Assembly: GCA_963845515.1 (NCBI GenBank)
Contig: CAWJSR010000028.1
Location: 32,001 to 96,000 of the forward strand
DNA length: 64,000 nt
Reading direction: 5' to 3'
Source: an uncultured delta proteobacterium
Lineage (GTDB): Bacteria > Myxococcota > Myxococcia > Myxococcales > Anaeromyxobacteraceae
In this document: piece after piece, positions 49,860-62,500 of the stretch
Layout of the letters: each line of letters begins with the position of its first letter
Position numbering within the stretch: position 1 is the stretch's first letter
The notes under the pieces: model-generated
The model's database searches: none
What the model saw: the letters and a program-made list of their open reading frames with translations, nothing else
Told to the model about the DNA's origin: nothing
Translations under genes and position numbers: made by a program

Positions 49860-51081
49860 TCGAACCTCAGCGCCTGGATGGGGTCCAGGCGGGATGCCTT
49901 GCGCGCCGGGTAGAGGCCGAAGCCGACGCCGACGAGCGCGCTGAAGAGGACTGCGATCACGATGACGTCGGCCCGGATCAGGACGGGCCAGCCGAACGCG
50001 CCGGCGAGCTTGATGGCCCCGCCGAGCCCGATGGCGACGCCGACCGCGCCGCCGGCGACGGCGAGCGTCAGCGACTCCACGAGGAACTGGAAGAGGATGT
50101 CGCGCTGGCGCGCGCCCACCGCCATGCGGACGCCGATCTCGCGGGTCCGCTCGGTGACGGAGACCAGCATGATGTTCATGATCCCGATCCCGCCGACGAG
50201 GAGCGACACCGCTGCGATCGAGGCGAGCAGGAGCGTCAGCGTCCGCGTCCCCTGCTCGGCGCCGCTCGCCATCTCCTGGAGGTTGCGGATGTTGAAGTCG
50301 TCGTCCGCCCCCTCCGCCAGCCGGTGGCGGTCGCGCAGGAGCGCGCGGACCTGCTCCTCGGCCTTGCGCGTCCCGGCGTCCGGGTCGGCGCCGATCATCA
50401 GGGCGCCCGAGACGTACTTCTTGAGGCCGCCCTGGAGCTTCGCGAGGAAGGTGGAGTACGGCACGATGACGGTGTCGTCGGTGTCCTGCCCCATCGCGGT
50501 CTGCCCCTTCGACTCGAGCACCCCGATGATGGTGAAGGGCACGCCGCGGATCCGGACGGACCGGCCGACCGGGTCGATGCCTGCGCCGTAGAGCTGCGTC
50601 GAGACCGTCTGGCCCAGCACAGCCACCTTGGTGCCAGAGTCGACGTCCGACTGTGCGAAGAGGGTCCCCCGCGCGGCGCGCCAGTTCCGGATCTCGAAGT
50701 AGTCGGTGCTCGCGCCGAAGATCCCTGTGGACCAGTTCTGGTCCTCGGCGACCACCGAGGCGGCGGTCCGGAGCGAGGGCGACACGTACCTGACCGCCGG
50801 GAGCTCGGTCTGGATCGCCCGCACGTCCTCCCAGGTGACCGTCGGCAGCGAGCCGAAGCCGCCGGAGTGCCCGCCGGAGGTCGTGCTGCCGGGGAGGACG
50901 ATGAGCATGTTGGAGCCCATCGAGGCGAAGCTCTGCTCCACCATCGCCTTTGCGCCGTCGCCGATGGCCACCATCGCGATGACGGCCGAGACGCCGATCA
51001 CGATGCCGAGCGTCGTGAGGAAGGAGCGCATCTTGTTGCGCAGGAGCGCCCGCCACGCCACCCGGAAGATCTCGAAGAAGC

Positions 51082-51085
<4 letters not shown>
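49856..51085 (-). CDS. MacB-like ABC transporter permease
   Basis: RSFLTTLGIVIGV, VGGIGIMNIMLVSVTERTREIGVRMAVGA, PARKASRLDPIQALR. Confidence 0.93.
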
Positions 51086-51794
<709 letters not shown>

Positions 51795-51795
<1 letters not shown>

Positions 51796-53064
51796 CAGAA
51801 CATCCTCGGCGGTCCGCCGGCGCGGCCGCTGCCGCCCGCCTTCGCGCCGCCGGTGTCGACGATGCAGGCGTCGCCGGGCGAGAGGGGCCCGTCGACCACC
51901 TCGGTGAAGCTCCCGTCGGTGATCCCGACCTTCAGCGTCACGGGGGAGGGCTTGCCGTCGCGCAGCACCCAGACCGTCCGGCGGCTGGCGGCGTCGCGGA
52001 GGTCTTCGCGCGACTCGACGGCGGCGGTGGGGGGCGCGGCCGGTGGCCGCGCGGCCGACGCACGCGCGCCGGCGGCCGGCTTCTCGGCGGAGTCCAGGTC
52101 GGAGGGGGGCTTGAAGCGGAGCGCCGCGTTGGGGACGCGCAGCGCGTCCTTCCGCTCGGCCCAGACGAAGGTGACGTTGGCGGTCATGCCCGGCCGCAGC
52201 TTCAGGTCCGGGTTGGCCACGTCGATCACCGCGTCGTAGGTGACGACGTTCTGGACCGTCGTCGCGGCGTTCCGGACCTGCCGGACCTTCCCCTCGAACC
52301 GCTCGCCGGGGAAGGCGTCGACGGTGAAGGTGGCCGGCATGCCCGCCCGCAGCTTCCCGACGTCGGCCTCTGAGACGCTGGTGTCGACCTGCATGCGCGC
52401 CAGGTCCTCGGCGAGCGTGAAGAGGGTCGCGACCTGGAGCGAGGCGGCGACGGTCTGTCCAACGTCGACGGTGCGCGAGATGACGACGCCGTCGATCGGC
52501 GAGACGATCGCGGTGTAGCCGAGGTTCACCCTGGCCTGGTTGAGCGAGGCGCGCGCCTGCGCGACGCTCCCCTCGGCGGCCGCCACGGAGGCCCGCGCCG
52601 CGTCGGCCGTGGACTCGGCGGTCTCGGCCTCCGCGACGGCGACCAGCTTCTGGTCGGCGAGCGACCGCGTCCGCTTCGCCTGCCGGTCGGCGTCGATCGC
52701 CTGGGCCTGGGCCCGGACCAGCCCTCCCTCGGCGGCCATCAGGTTCGCCCGCGCCTGCTCGACCGCCGCGTCGAAGAGCTGGGGATCGATCCGCGCGATG
52801 ACCTGCCCGCGCTTCACCCGGCTGTTGAAGTCGGCGTGGATCGACTGGATCCGGCCTGAGACCTGGCTGCCGACCTGGACCGTCACGAGGGCCGAGAGCG
52901 TCCCGCTGGCGGTGACCCGGGCCACGACGGGCCCCCGGTCGGCGGCGACGGTCTGGTAGGTGGGCGGGGCGGGCTTGCGCGTGACGCGCCACCCCGCGAA
53001 GAGGAGGACTGCGGCCGCGAACGGCGGCGGCGATGACGATGCGGCGCTTCTTCATGGTGTCCAT
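51795..53064 (-). CDS. MacA-like periplasmic adaptor (MFP); +1 frameshift near 53020
   Basis: N-terminal MKKRRIVIAAAV joins frame AAVLLFAGWR...VTASGTL, VQVGSQVSGRI, SPIDGVVI, LRPGMTA. Confidence 0.9.
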
Positions 53065-53242
53065 GGCTTGGAGAGGAGGCTGCGCCCGCGAGGTTTCCTC
53101 GCGGTTGCTCGATTGTAAACAAAGGTGTCGGTCGGGCAGTTCCCGGCGGGGTGCCGCCGGCGGCTATACTCCGCCCCCGCCCAGCCCGCCCGGGACCATA
53201 CCCGTCCCGGGCCCTCGCGGGTCGTCCAGGAGAGAGCCAGCA

Positions 53243-53884
53243 ATGCCGACAGTCGCCGCCCGCCATCACGCCGCCCTCGCCGACCGCGCCGTCCGCTCCC
53301 TTCGCGAGAACGGCTTCGACGCGGTCTACGTCGCGACGGCCGCCGAGGCCGGCGCGCGCGTCCTCTCCTTCGCGACGGTCGGGGGCACGGTAGGCTTCGG
53401 CGGCTCGATGAGCATCGCGGCCCTGGGGCTGAAGGACGAGCTGGTGAAGCGCGGCGCCGTCCTGCTCGACCACGGCGCTCCCGGCCTCTCACCCGCCGCG
53501 AAGCGCGAGGTCCAGCGGAGGCAGCTCACCTGCGACCTCTTCCTCTCCAGCTCCAACGCCGTCACCCTCGACGGCGCGCTGGTGAACGTCGACGGCAACG
53601 GCAACCGCGTGGCTGCCCTCTCCTTCGGTCCAGCGAAGACGGTGGTCGTCGCGGGCGTGAACAAGCTCGTCCGCGACGTCGAGGAGGCGTGGGCGCGCCT
53701 CGAGACCCACGCGAGCCCGATGAACGCGCGGCGGCTGGACAAGCCGACCCCCTGCGTGAAGGCCGGGAGCTGCCAGGACTGCGGGTCGGACTCGAGGATC
53801 TGCCGCATCTACCACGTGCTCCGCCGGCGCCCGAGCCTCTCCGACTTCACCGTGGTGCTGGTCGGCGAGCCGCTGGGCTATTAG
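53243..53884 (+). CDS. LutC/YkgG (LUD domain) lactate utilization protein
   Basis: VGFGGSMS, DLFLSSSNAVTLDG, NVDGNGNRVAA, GVNKLV, PCVKAGSCQDC. Confidence 0.88.
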   Translation: MPTVAARHHAALADRAVRSLRENGFDAVYVATAAEAGARVLSFATVGGTVGFGGSMSIAALGLKDELVKRGAVLLDHGAPGLSPAAKREVQRRQLTCDLFLSSSNAVTLDGALVNVDGNGNRVAALSFGPAKTVVVAGVNKLVRDVEEAWARLETHASPMNARRLDKPTPCVKAGSCQDCGSDSRICRIYHVLRRRPSLSDFTVVLVGEPLGY

Positions 53885-55356
53885 CTGCCGCGCGCGGCGC
53901 GCTTCCGCTCCAGCGCGGCGTCTGCCGCGGCGGCCACCAGCTCCGCGCCCGTCGCCTTGTCGAGCACCGCGTCGGCGCCGGCCGCCTCCAGCCGCTCCTC
54001 CAGGCCGGCCTCCAGCCGCCCGGTCACGGCGACGATGGCCAGGTCGGACTCGCCGCCGGTCCTGCGGATGAACCGGATCAGCTCCTCGCCGCTCATCCCG
54101 GGCATGCAGACGTCGGTGACGAGCAGGTCGAGCGCCAGGATCTCCTCGGAGAGCCGCTGGACGCCCTCCGCCGCGTCTGCGGCCGTGATCACCTCGAAGC
54201 CGCGCGCCTGGAGGGCGTCGGCGATCATGGCGCGCGCCAGGGCGTCGTCGTCCACCACGACCGCGCGCCGCGCCCGCGCCGAGATGCGCGCGATCGACGC
54301 CGCGAGCAGGTCGTCCTGCTCCCGCGTGAGGACGAAGCGGACCCCCATCCCCTTCGACGTCGACGCGGTCACGATCGCCTGGGCCGACAGCTTCACCCCG
54401 TCGGGGAGCGCCAGGTCGAGCACGAGCCTCGTCCCCTCGGGGTGCGGACTCGACGAACGAACGTAGGCGCCGCCGTGGGAGAGGTTCTCGATCCAGTCCG
54501 CCGCGAGCTCCTGCTCGGTCGCGTACTCGAGGACCGCGCGTGGAGGCGGAGGCGCCGCCGCCACCGCGGGGAGCGGCACGGGCTCGCCCCCCGGCTGGAC
54601 CGCCATCTTGACCGGCTTCACCCTCACGCGGCCGATCACGGCGAAGCGCGGCGCGGCCTGCATCGAGCTGCGCGGCGCGGCGCCGACGCGGGCTGCGAGC
54701 AGCGCGTGGAGCTCCGTCGGGCCATCGATCCGGAGGCTGAAGCCTGCCGGGCTCCCAGGCGCCGCGGCCGCGCGCGCGACCGTCTCGGTCACGGTCGCCC
54801 AGCCCTCCACCGGCGCCGGGCGCCCAGGCACGCGGACCGCCAGCCCGAGCCGATCGCCGGTGGGCGGCGTGAGGACGCTCGCGACGAAGAGCGCGGTCCG
54901 CTCCGGGAGGTACAGGAGCCCCGCGCTGCCCGGGCCGTCGAGATCGATCGCGAGCACCGGCGCCCCCCTGGCCGGAGGCGGGCTGCCGCTCCCGCGGAAG
55001 ATCCTCGCGGCCGCGTCGGGGAGGGACGCCAGCGGGATCGCCTTCACGACCTTGTCGCAGAGGCTGAGCTCGCCGCGGAAGCGGAAGCGCGCCTCTTCGG
55101 AGAGGTCGCGCGCCGCGAACGCGGCGCCGCCGGTGCGCGCCGCCCAGAACGTGAGCCGGCTGAAGGGCGCGGATTCGAGCGCCGCGGCCGCGCGGATCAC
55201 GATGGCGAGGTAGCGTGTCGACGTGGCGTGATGGAGGTCGCACTCGGCCACCATCTCCTGCAGGAACGCCGGCAGCGACCGGACCAGCCGCTCCGCGGCC
55301 ACGAGCCGCTCGCGGGAGGGCCGCGCGAAGACGCAGTCGTACTCTACGAAGGCCAT
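53881..55356 (-). CDS. PilZ-like (TIGR02266-type) domains fused to a C-terminal receiver domain
   Basis: APRF and ENLSHGGAYVRS...GMGVRF PilZ-like motifs; VVVDDD, DLLVTDVCMPGMSG, GADAVLDK receiver. Confidence 0.78.
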   Translation of the reverse strand: MAFVEYDCVFARPSRERLVAAERLVRSLPAFLQEMVAECDLHHATSTRYLAIVIRAAAALESAPFSRLTFWAARTGGAAFAARDLSEEARFRFRGELSLCDKVVKAIPLASLPDAAARIFRGSGSPPPARGAPVLAIDLDGPGSAGLLYLPERTALFVASVLTPPTGDRLGLAVRVPGRPAPVEGWATVTETVARAAAAPGSPAGFSLRIDGPTELHALLAARVGAAPRSSMQAAPRFAVIGRVRVKPVKMAVQPGGEPVPLPAVAAAPPPPRAVLEYATEQELAADWIENLSHGGAYVRSSSPHPEGTRLVLDLALPDGVKLSAQAIVTASTSKGMGVRFVLTREQDDLLAASIARISARARRAVVVDDDALARAMIADALQARGFEVITAADAAEGVQRLSEEILALDLLVTDVCMPGMSGEELIRFIRRTGGESDLAIVAVTGRLEAGLEERLEAAGADAVLDKATGAELVAAAADAALERKRAARGS

Positions 55357-55469
55357 TCCCGATGATCATCCGTGCAAACTCGGCGCCGGGGATGTGCCCG
55401 TTGGGGCGTGGGGAAGCGTCGCGTGCGGCTGCACCCCGGGGTGGCGCTGACCCGGGCCCGTGCTCGCCC

Positions 55470-56048
55470 TCAGCCTCCGAGCGGCGCGCGCAGCAGCGCC
55501 TCGTGCCGTGCCCCCCCCGGCTCGAGGTGCGACTCGAACAGCACCAGCTCTGCTGCGCGCCAGCCGAGCGCCTCGCCCAGTGCCGCCTCGGCCAGCGCGC
55601 CGCCGAGCCCCGGCGCGCCGCGCGCGTCCCGCGCCCGCCCGACGGTGAGGTGCGGCGTGAAGGGGCGGGCCTCCGGCGCGAAGCCGAGCGGGGTGAGGCG
55701 CCGCCCCAGGTCCGCCGCGAGCGCCGCGAGCGGCGCAAGGTCGCCCGAGAGACCGAGCCACACCACACGCGGCCTGCGGGCGTTGGGGAAGCCCCCGGCG
55801 CCGCGCAGCTCCAGCTGGAGCGGACGCGACGCGGCGGCGGCCGCGCGGATCGCGCCATCGAGGTCGGCGATCCGCTCCTCCGGTACGGCGCCCAGGAACT
55901 GGAGGGTGAGGTGCAGCCCCTCGGCCGCCGTCCACCGGACCTCGTCGGCCGCGCGCCCCGCCGTCCTGCGCAGTCCCGCCACCACCGCGCCGATCCGGCG
56001 GCGGACGGGCTCGGGGGGATCCAGCGCGACGAAGAGCCGGTGGTTCAC
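55470..56048 (-). CDS. thpR: RNA 2',3'-cyclic phosphodiesterase (2H family)
   Basis: RLFVAL, LHLTLQFLG, FTPHLTVGR, LFES. Confidence 0.93.
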   Translation of the reverse strand: MNHRLFVALDPPEPVRRRIGAVVAGLRRTAGRAADEVRWTAAEGLHLTLQFLGAVPEERIADLDGAIRAAAAASRPLQLELRGAGGFPNARRPRVVWLGLSGDLAPLAALAADLGRRLTPLGFAPEARPFTPHLTVGRARDARGAPGLGGALAEAALGEALGWRAAELVLFESHLEPGGARHEALLRAPLGG

Positions 56049-56052
56049 GATC

Positions 56053-57888
56053 TCACTCGACGGTCACGCTCTTCGCGAGGTTGCGGGGCTGGTCCACGTC
56101 GGTCCCCTTGATGTCGGCCACGTGGTACGCGAGGAACTGGAGCGGCACGATGGAGAGGAGCGGCGTGAGGAGCGGGGGGGCCTCGGGCACGGTCAGCGCG
56201 ATCTGCGCCAGGCCCGCGGCGTGGGTGTCGCCCTCCGAGACGATGGCGAAGACCTGCCCGCCGCGCGCGCGGACCTCCTCCATGTTCCCGAGGGTCTTCT
56301 CGTAGGCCGGCTCCCTGGTGGCCAGGACCACGACCGGCAGCTCCTCGTCGATGAGGGCGATCGGGCCGTGCTTCATCTCGCCCGCCGCGTACCCCTCGGC
56401 GTGGATGTACGAGATCTCCTTGAGCTTCAGCGCCCCCTCGAGCGCGACGGGATACTGGCCGCCGCGGCCGAGGAAGAGGACGTCGCGGGCGTTCACGCAG
56501 CGGCGCGCCATGGGGAGCACCGCCGGCTCCTGCCGGATCATCTGCTCCATCATCGCTGGGATGCGCTCGAGCGCCTCGATGTGGTGCCGCGCCTCGTCGG
56601 CGGAGAGGGTCCCGCGCAGCCGGCCCAGCCCCACGCCAAGCAGGAAGAGGGCCGCGAGCTGCGTGGTGAAGGCCTTGGTCGAGGCGACGCCGATCTCGGG
56701 GCCGGCGCGGGTGAAGAGGGTGCCGAGGTCGCACTCGCGCGGGATGGCGGAGCCGACGACGTTGCAGATGGCCATCGCCCGCGCGCCGCGCGCCTTCGCC
56801 ACCTTCACCGCGGCCAGCGTGTCGGCCGTCTCGCCCGACTGCGAGATGGCGAGCAGGAGCGTGCGGCCGTCGACGAGCGGCTCCCGGTTCCGGAACTCGC
56901 TCGCCAGCTCGACCTGCACCGGGATCTTCGCCAGCACCTCGATCATGAGGCGGCCCGAGAGCCCGGCGTGCCAGGAGGTGCCGCAGGCGACCACGACGAC
57001 CCGATCGATCTGCCGGGCGAGGGCCGCGTCGATCGACACGCCGTTGAGATCCACGTCGCCCTGCTCGACCGAGGCGCGGCCGCGGATCGTGTCCGCGACG
57101 GCCCGGGGCTGCTCGAAGATCTCCTTGTGCATGAAGTGCTTGTGGCCGTCCTTCTCGGCGGCCACGGCGCTCCACTCGATCCGGCGGGGCGGGCGGTCGG
57201 CAGGCGTGCCGTCGCTACTGAAGAGGGAGATGCCGTCCGGGCGGAGCACGGCCAGCTCCCCCTCCTCCAGGTAGACCACGTCGCGCGTGTGCTCGAGGAT
57301 GGCCGGCACGTCGGAGGCGAGGAAGCTCTCCCCCTTGCCGAAGCCGACGACGAGCGGCGAGGCGTTCTTCGCGGCGACGATCTCGCCGGGCGACCTCTCG
57401 GAGACGACGGCGATGGCGTAGGTCCCGCGCACCTGGTCGAGCGCCTGCCTGACCGCGGCGAGCAGGTTCGCCGCGCCGCCCACGAGCGCCTCGGAGATCA
57501 GGTGGGCGAAGATCTCGGTGTCGGTCTCGCTCGAGAACTTGTGGCCGCGCGCGCCGAGCGCCGCCTTGAGCGCGAGGTGGTTCTCGATGATGCCGTTGTG
57601 GACCACCGCGACGCCGCCGAAGCTGTGCGGGTGGGCGTTCTCGTCCGACGGCTTGCCGTGGGTCGCCCAGCGGGTGTGGCCGATGCCGGTCGTGCCGGCG
57701 AGCGGACTCTCCGCCAGGACGTTCACCAGGTTCTGCAGCTTCCCCTTCGCGCGCGTGACCGAGAGGCCGCTCGGCCCGATCGCCGCGACCCCGGCCGAGT
57801 CGTAGCCGCGATACTCGAGCTTCCTGAGCCCACCGACGATGAGGTCAACGCACTCCCGGGGGCCGACGTAACCGACGATTCCGCACAT
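56053..57888 (-). CDS. glmS: Glutamine-fructose-6-phosphate transaminase
   Basis: MCGIVGY, LEYRGYDSAG, GHTRWATHG, SQSGETADTL, QPRNLAKSVTVE. Confidence 0.98.
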   Translation of the reverse strand: MCGIVGYVGPRECVDLIVGGLRKLEYRGYDSAGVAAIGPSGLSVTRAKGKLQNLVNVLAESPLAGTTGIGHTRWATHGKPSDENAHPHSFGGVAVVHNGIIENHLALKAALGARGHKFSSETDTEIFAHLISEALVGGAANLLAAVRQALDQVRGTYAIAVVSERSPGEIVAAKNASPLVVGFGKGESFLASDVPAILEHTRDVVYLEEGELAVLRPDGISLFSSDGTPADRPPRRIEWSAVAAEKDGHKHFMHKEIFEQPRAVADTIRGRASVEQGDVDLNGVSIDAALARQIDRVVVVACGTSWHAGLSGRLMIEVLAKIPVQVELASEFRNREPLVDGRTLLLAISQSGETADTLAAVKVAKARGARAMAICNVVGSAIPRECDLGTLFTRAGPEIGVASTKAFTTQLAALFLLGVGLGRLRGTLSADEARHHIEALERIPAMMEQMIRQEPAVLPMARRCVNARDVLFLGRGGQYPVALEGALKLKEISYIHAEGYAAGEMKHGPIALIDEELPVVVLATREPAYEKTLGNMEEVRARGGQVFAIVSEGDTHAAGLAQIALTVPEAPPLLTPLLSIVPLQFLAYHVADIKGTDVDQPRNLAKSVTVE

Positions 57889-57899
57889 AGGTGAGGCGT

Positions 57900-59345
57900 T
57901 TATACCCCGGTCCCGCCCCGCTCGCCTCCTCCCTCCCCGCCCTTCGCGCGGGCGCGGGCGGCCAGCATCCGCTCGGTCCAGCCCTCCTTGTTCTCCTGCC
58001 GCGCGCGGCCGAGCGCGAGGGCGCCGTCGGGGACGGCCATCGTGAGGGTCGAGCCCGCGGCGACGTAGGCGCCGGCGCCGATCTGGATGGGCGCGACCAG
58101 GATCGAGTCGGAGCCGATGAAGGCGCCGTCGCCGATCCGGGTCTCGTGCTTCTTCTCGCCGTCGTAGTTGCACGTGATCGTGCCGGCGCCGACGTTCACG
58201 CCCGCGCCGATCACGGCGTCGCCCAGGTAGCTGAGGTGGTTCGCCTTCGAGCCCTTGCCGAGCCGGGTCTTCTTCGTCTCGACGAAGTTGCCGACGTGGA
58301 CCCCCTCGGCGAGCACCGACCCCGGGCGCAGCCGCGCGAACGGTCCGAGGATGGAGCCGGACCCCACCTCCGCCTCGTCGACGACGGTGTAGGGGCGGAC
58401 CAGCACGTCGTCGGCGAGCAGGGCGTCGGTGAGGATCGAACCCTGGCCGATCCGGCAGCGGGCGCCGATCCGGGTCCGGCCGCGCAGCCTGACGTCCGGC
58501 TCGATGACCACGTCGGCGCCGAGCTCGATCTCCGCGTCGCAGTCGAAGCGATCCGGGCGCTCGATGGTGACGCCCGCCTTCATGTACGCGTCGGCCATCC
58601 TGAGGGTCAGGACGCGGGCGACCTCGGCGAGCTGCGCCCGGTCGTTGACGCCGGCCGCCTCCTCCGGAGGAACCTGGACGGCGACGGCGCCGCGGGCGCG
58701 GGCGGCCGCGGAGACGAGCTCGGTCAGGTAGTACTCCTGCTGCGCGTTCTTCGCGTCGACGTTCGCGAGCGCCTTCCAGAGGAAGGCGGCGTCGGCGCAG
58801 TAGAGCCCCGCGTTCACCTCCCGGAGCTTCCGCTGCGCGGGCGTGGCGTCCTTCTCCTCGACGATCCGCGACGGCTTGCCCTTCGAGCGGACCACGCGCC
58901 CGTAGCCGAAGGGCGCGTCGAGGGTCATCGCGGCGAAGGAGACCGGCTTCGCCCCGCGCCCCTCGACGACGGCCTGCAGGGTCCCGGCGGTGAGGAGGGG
59001 GGTGTCGCCGGAGAGGATCAGCACCTGGCCCAGGTGGCCGGCGAGGGCCCCCTTCGCCGCGAGCACGGCGTGGGCGGTGCCGAGCTGCTCGCGCTGGAGC
59101 GCGAAGCGGAGCGGGGCGCCGGGGAGCGCCGCCCTGAGGGCGCGCTCCACCTCGTCGGACTGGTGGCCGACGACGACGACGACCGGGTCGGCGCCGAGCT
59201 CCAGCGCGCGCCGGATCGGGAACCAGGCGAGGGGGCGGCCGCAGGCCTCGTGGAGGACCTTGGCCTGCTGCGACTTCATCCTCGTCCCCTTGCCGGCCGC
59301 GAGGACGATGGCGGCGAGCGGGGCTGGCTTCCTGATGGAGGGCAT
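57900..59345 (-). CDS. glmU: Bifunctional UDP-GlcNAc pyrophosphorylase / GlcN-1-P acetyltransferase
   Basis: LAAGKGTRMKS, EQLGTAHAV, GNFVETKK, NHLSYLGDA, GAGTITCNYDG. Confidence 0.98.
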   Translation of the reverse strand: MPSIRKPAPLAAIVLAAGKGTRMKSQQAKVLHEACGRPLAWFPIRRALELGADPVVVVVGHQSDEVERALRAALPGAPLRFALQREQLGTAHAVLAAKGALAGHLGQVLILSGDTPLLTAGTLQAVVEGRGAKPVSFAAMTLDAPFGYGRVVRSKGKPSRIVEEKDATPAQRKLREVNAGLYCADAAFLWKALANVDAKNAQQEYYLTELVSAAARARGAVAVQVPPEEAAGVNDRAQLAEVARVLTLRMADAYMKAGVTIERPDRFDCDAEIELGADVVIEPDVRLRGRTRIGARCRIGQGSILTDALLADDVLVRPYTVVDEAEVGSGSILGPFARLRPGSVLAEGVHVGNFVETKKTRLGKGSKANHLSYLGDAVIGAGVNVGAGTITCNYDGEKKHETRIGDGAFIGSDSILVAPIQIGAGAYVAAGSTLTMAVPDGALALGRARQENKEGWTERMLAARARAKGGEGGGERGGTGV

Positions 59346-59538
59346 GACGCGGAGGCTAGGGCGCGCCGGGGGTCGATATCAAGCCCTGTGTGTCGCGCGC
59401 CCACACCGGCCCGGAGCGAGTGGGGTGTCGGGAAGCTGGCGGCGGGATGCGTCACCTGCGTCAGGGTCGCGCGGTCATGCGAATTGACCGGGGTCGCGGC
59501 TCACCTATGGTGGAGCCGGGGGAAACACCGGAGTCCGC

Positions 59539-62500
59539 ATGGCACGCCGCTCGATGAACCGTCGCTCCATCGCAGGTGCCGTCCTCCTCACGGCGTTGGC
59601 TTCACTCATCGTCTTCGCCGGGTGGGGCCGCGCAGCGAGTCCCCTGACGCTTCGCACCATCGCGATCGACGGGGTCGTCGGCGACTGGGACGCGGTCCTG
59701 GGCAACGCGCTCCAGACGACGCACGACGGCGACGGCAGCTCGTCGGCCATCACGGCGAACTGCGCTCTGTTCTCCACCGACCGCGACTGCCCCATGGGCG
59801 GCGGCGCGGGCAACGACCTCCACACCTTCGCGTGGACCTACGACACGAGCTACGTCTACCTCTACATCGAGCGCTACGGCAGCAGCGCCAACGGCGTCGA
59901 CTTCTTCTTCGTCGCCGACACCAACCAGGACCAGCGGCTCAAGGCTACGGTCGACCGGGTCATCCACGCCCGCTGGTCGGGATCCACGGGGAACGTGACG
60001 GTCGACGCGGGTCCGTACTCGCCGGTCGACGCGCTGAACGGTGATCTCATCGCCTCGGGCGCGGGGTACGTGGACGGCTACGATCTGCTGGGCTCGAACG
60101 GGACGATGAGCGCGATCACGTGCGCCGCGGGGGCGATCGGCCAGGGTGTCACTGCTGGGGCCGACGCGGGGCGCAAGATGGAGCTGCGCGATCCCCTGGT
60201 GCGCCTTCGGGCTCCCCGCCGGCCAGCCCTTCTACTGGCACGTGGTGAGCACCAACAACGGATCTGCTCGACACGCCGCTCGACAACATCGGCGCCCCCT
60301 CCGGAGGGGTCGGGACCTTCGTGCAGCGGGCCGTCTCCTTCACCCCCGATCGGAGCGGCGCGGTCCTGTCGCCCGGCGCGGTGACCTACGACCACACCGT
60401 CTCGAACGACGGCAACGAGGCGGACGTCGTGGTCTTCCAGGCGACGAGCAGCCAGGGGGCGAAGATCGAGCTCGTCGACGCCGGCGTCGTCATCGGGCGG
60501 GACGACCAGGGCGACGGCACCTGGGAGCTGACGCCCCAGGCGTCGCTCGCGGCCTCCGCGAGCAAGCTCCTCCAGGTGAGGATCACGATGCCGGCCGGCC
60601 GCACGGACCATGACGTCACGCGCGTGATCGCGACGAGCGCCAACGATCCCGGCGCCACGGCGACCGTCACCGACTCGAGCCACGTCGGCTCACCCGCCTT
60701 CGTCCCGGGGAGCTTCGCCGCCTGGACCCAGGCCGGCGTGGCCGCCGCCTTCGCCGAGACCCTGGTGAACGGGCAGCTCGCCGCCGACACCTTCGACCTG
60801 ACGGTCGGCGCCGGCTGCGCCGGGGATGAGCTCCGCATCACGGCCGACGCGGCGGGGGCGCAGCTCGTTGCGCGGGACGACGACGGCGACGGCGCCTGGG
60901 ACTACGTGGACGCGGCGTACGACACCAACGCCAACGGCCTGCCCGACATGGGGGCCGTCGCCGGCCAGTCGACGAAGTCGTTCTGGTTGTGGGTGAAGCC
61001 GCCGGCCGGCGCGCCCAGCGGCGGCTGCACCGTGCGGCTCACCGCGACTAGCCCCGCGACGTCGGCGACCGAGCACGCCGATCACGACGTCACCGTCGCG
61101 CCGGCGGTGACGTTCACGCCGAGCTACACCCGCGCCGCCGGCACCTCGCTCCGCGCCGGCGTCGGCGGATCGGTCTTCTTCCCGGCCCTCCTCCGGAACA
61201 GCGAGAGCATGCCGCGGGCCTATGCCTTCACCCAGGCTGCTCACGCCGGGCGGCGCCGGCGCGACCGCGCGCGTCTGGAGCGATCCGGACGGTGACGGCA
61301 GCCCCACCGACGGCGCCGTCGTCACGGCGAGCGGTACCGTCGCCGCCTTCGGCGGGACCGAGGCGGTGGTGATCGAGATCCTCTCGGGCTCTGCCGCGAG
61401 CGGCACGTCCCTCTCCCTCTCGACCACGGCGACGGCCACCACCGGCGGCGCCGCGGCGACGCAGGTCTCCGAAGCGGACGTCGGCTATGTCGCCAGCTAC
61501 TCCGACGCGCTCCACACGCACGCGTCGAGCGTCTTCCCGCCCTGCGCCCCCGTCTACGTCCACGGCAGCGGCCTGCTGCCCGGCGACGTCACGAGCTACT
61601 CGCTCACCTGGCTCACGCCGACGGCGACGGCCCGCGCCGTCCAGCCCTGGCCGACGACGGCGCTCGGCACCGCCGACGACAGCCTACACGCTGCCGGCGA
61701 CCGCCTCGACCGGTGGCTGGACCGCCCAGCTCGTCGACGGGCCGTCCACGCGGGACCAGAACCTCTCCTTCGCGGTCGAGCTCGAACGCCAGCGTCGCGG
61801 CCCTCGCGACCGACAAGGCGCGCTACCGGCCCGGCGACGTGGTCCAGGTGACCGGACTCGTTCCATGACGCCGGGCGATCGGCGCTCGAAGCCGGGTCGT
61901 TCCACTACGCGCTGGATGGTGTCACTGTCCGGACCCGCAGCGGCGTGACGGTCGGCGCCGGTGCGACCGTCTCGGATCCCTTCACCTTCACGCTCCCGCC
62001 CGGATCGGCGCCGGGCGTGCGGACGATCTCCACCGGGTGGTGGCTCTCCTGCGGCACCTCCGCCTTCGCGACCCTCAGCGCGACGTTCGAGGTGCAGCCC
62101 GACGCGCCCGGCATCACGTCGCCGGCGTCCGGCGCGCGCCTCGCGACGTCCACGCCGACCGTCACCGGCACGGCTGTCGCCGGCGCCGCGGTCACCGTCC
62201 GGATCGGCACCACGTCGTACACCCCGGTCACCGCGGCCGGGGATGGCAGCTGGACCTTCACGGCGCCGGCCCTCGCGGACGGCCCCTGGACGGTGACCGC
62301 CTCGCAGGCGGTCGCCGGCGTCTCCAGCGACTGGGCGCCGCCCATCGCCTTCGAGACGGACGCCACGCCGCCGCGGTGCCCGTCGTCGGCGCCGTCGCCA
62401 GCCCGACGAAGGCGCAACCCGGTCGTCGTGGTCGTGACCGCCCCCGGCGCCACCTCGGTGAACGTCTACAGGAACGGGTCGTCCTACTCGACGACCCCCG

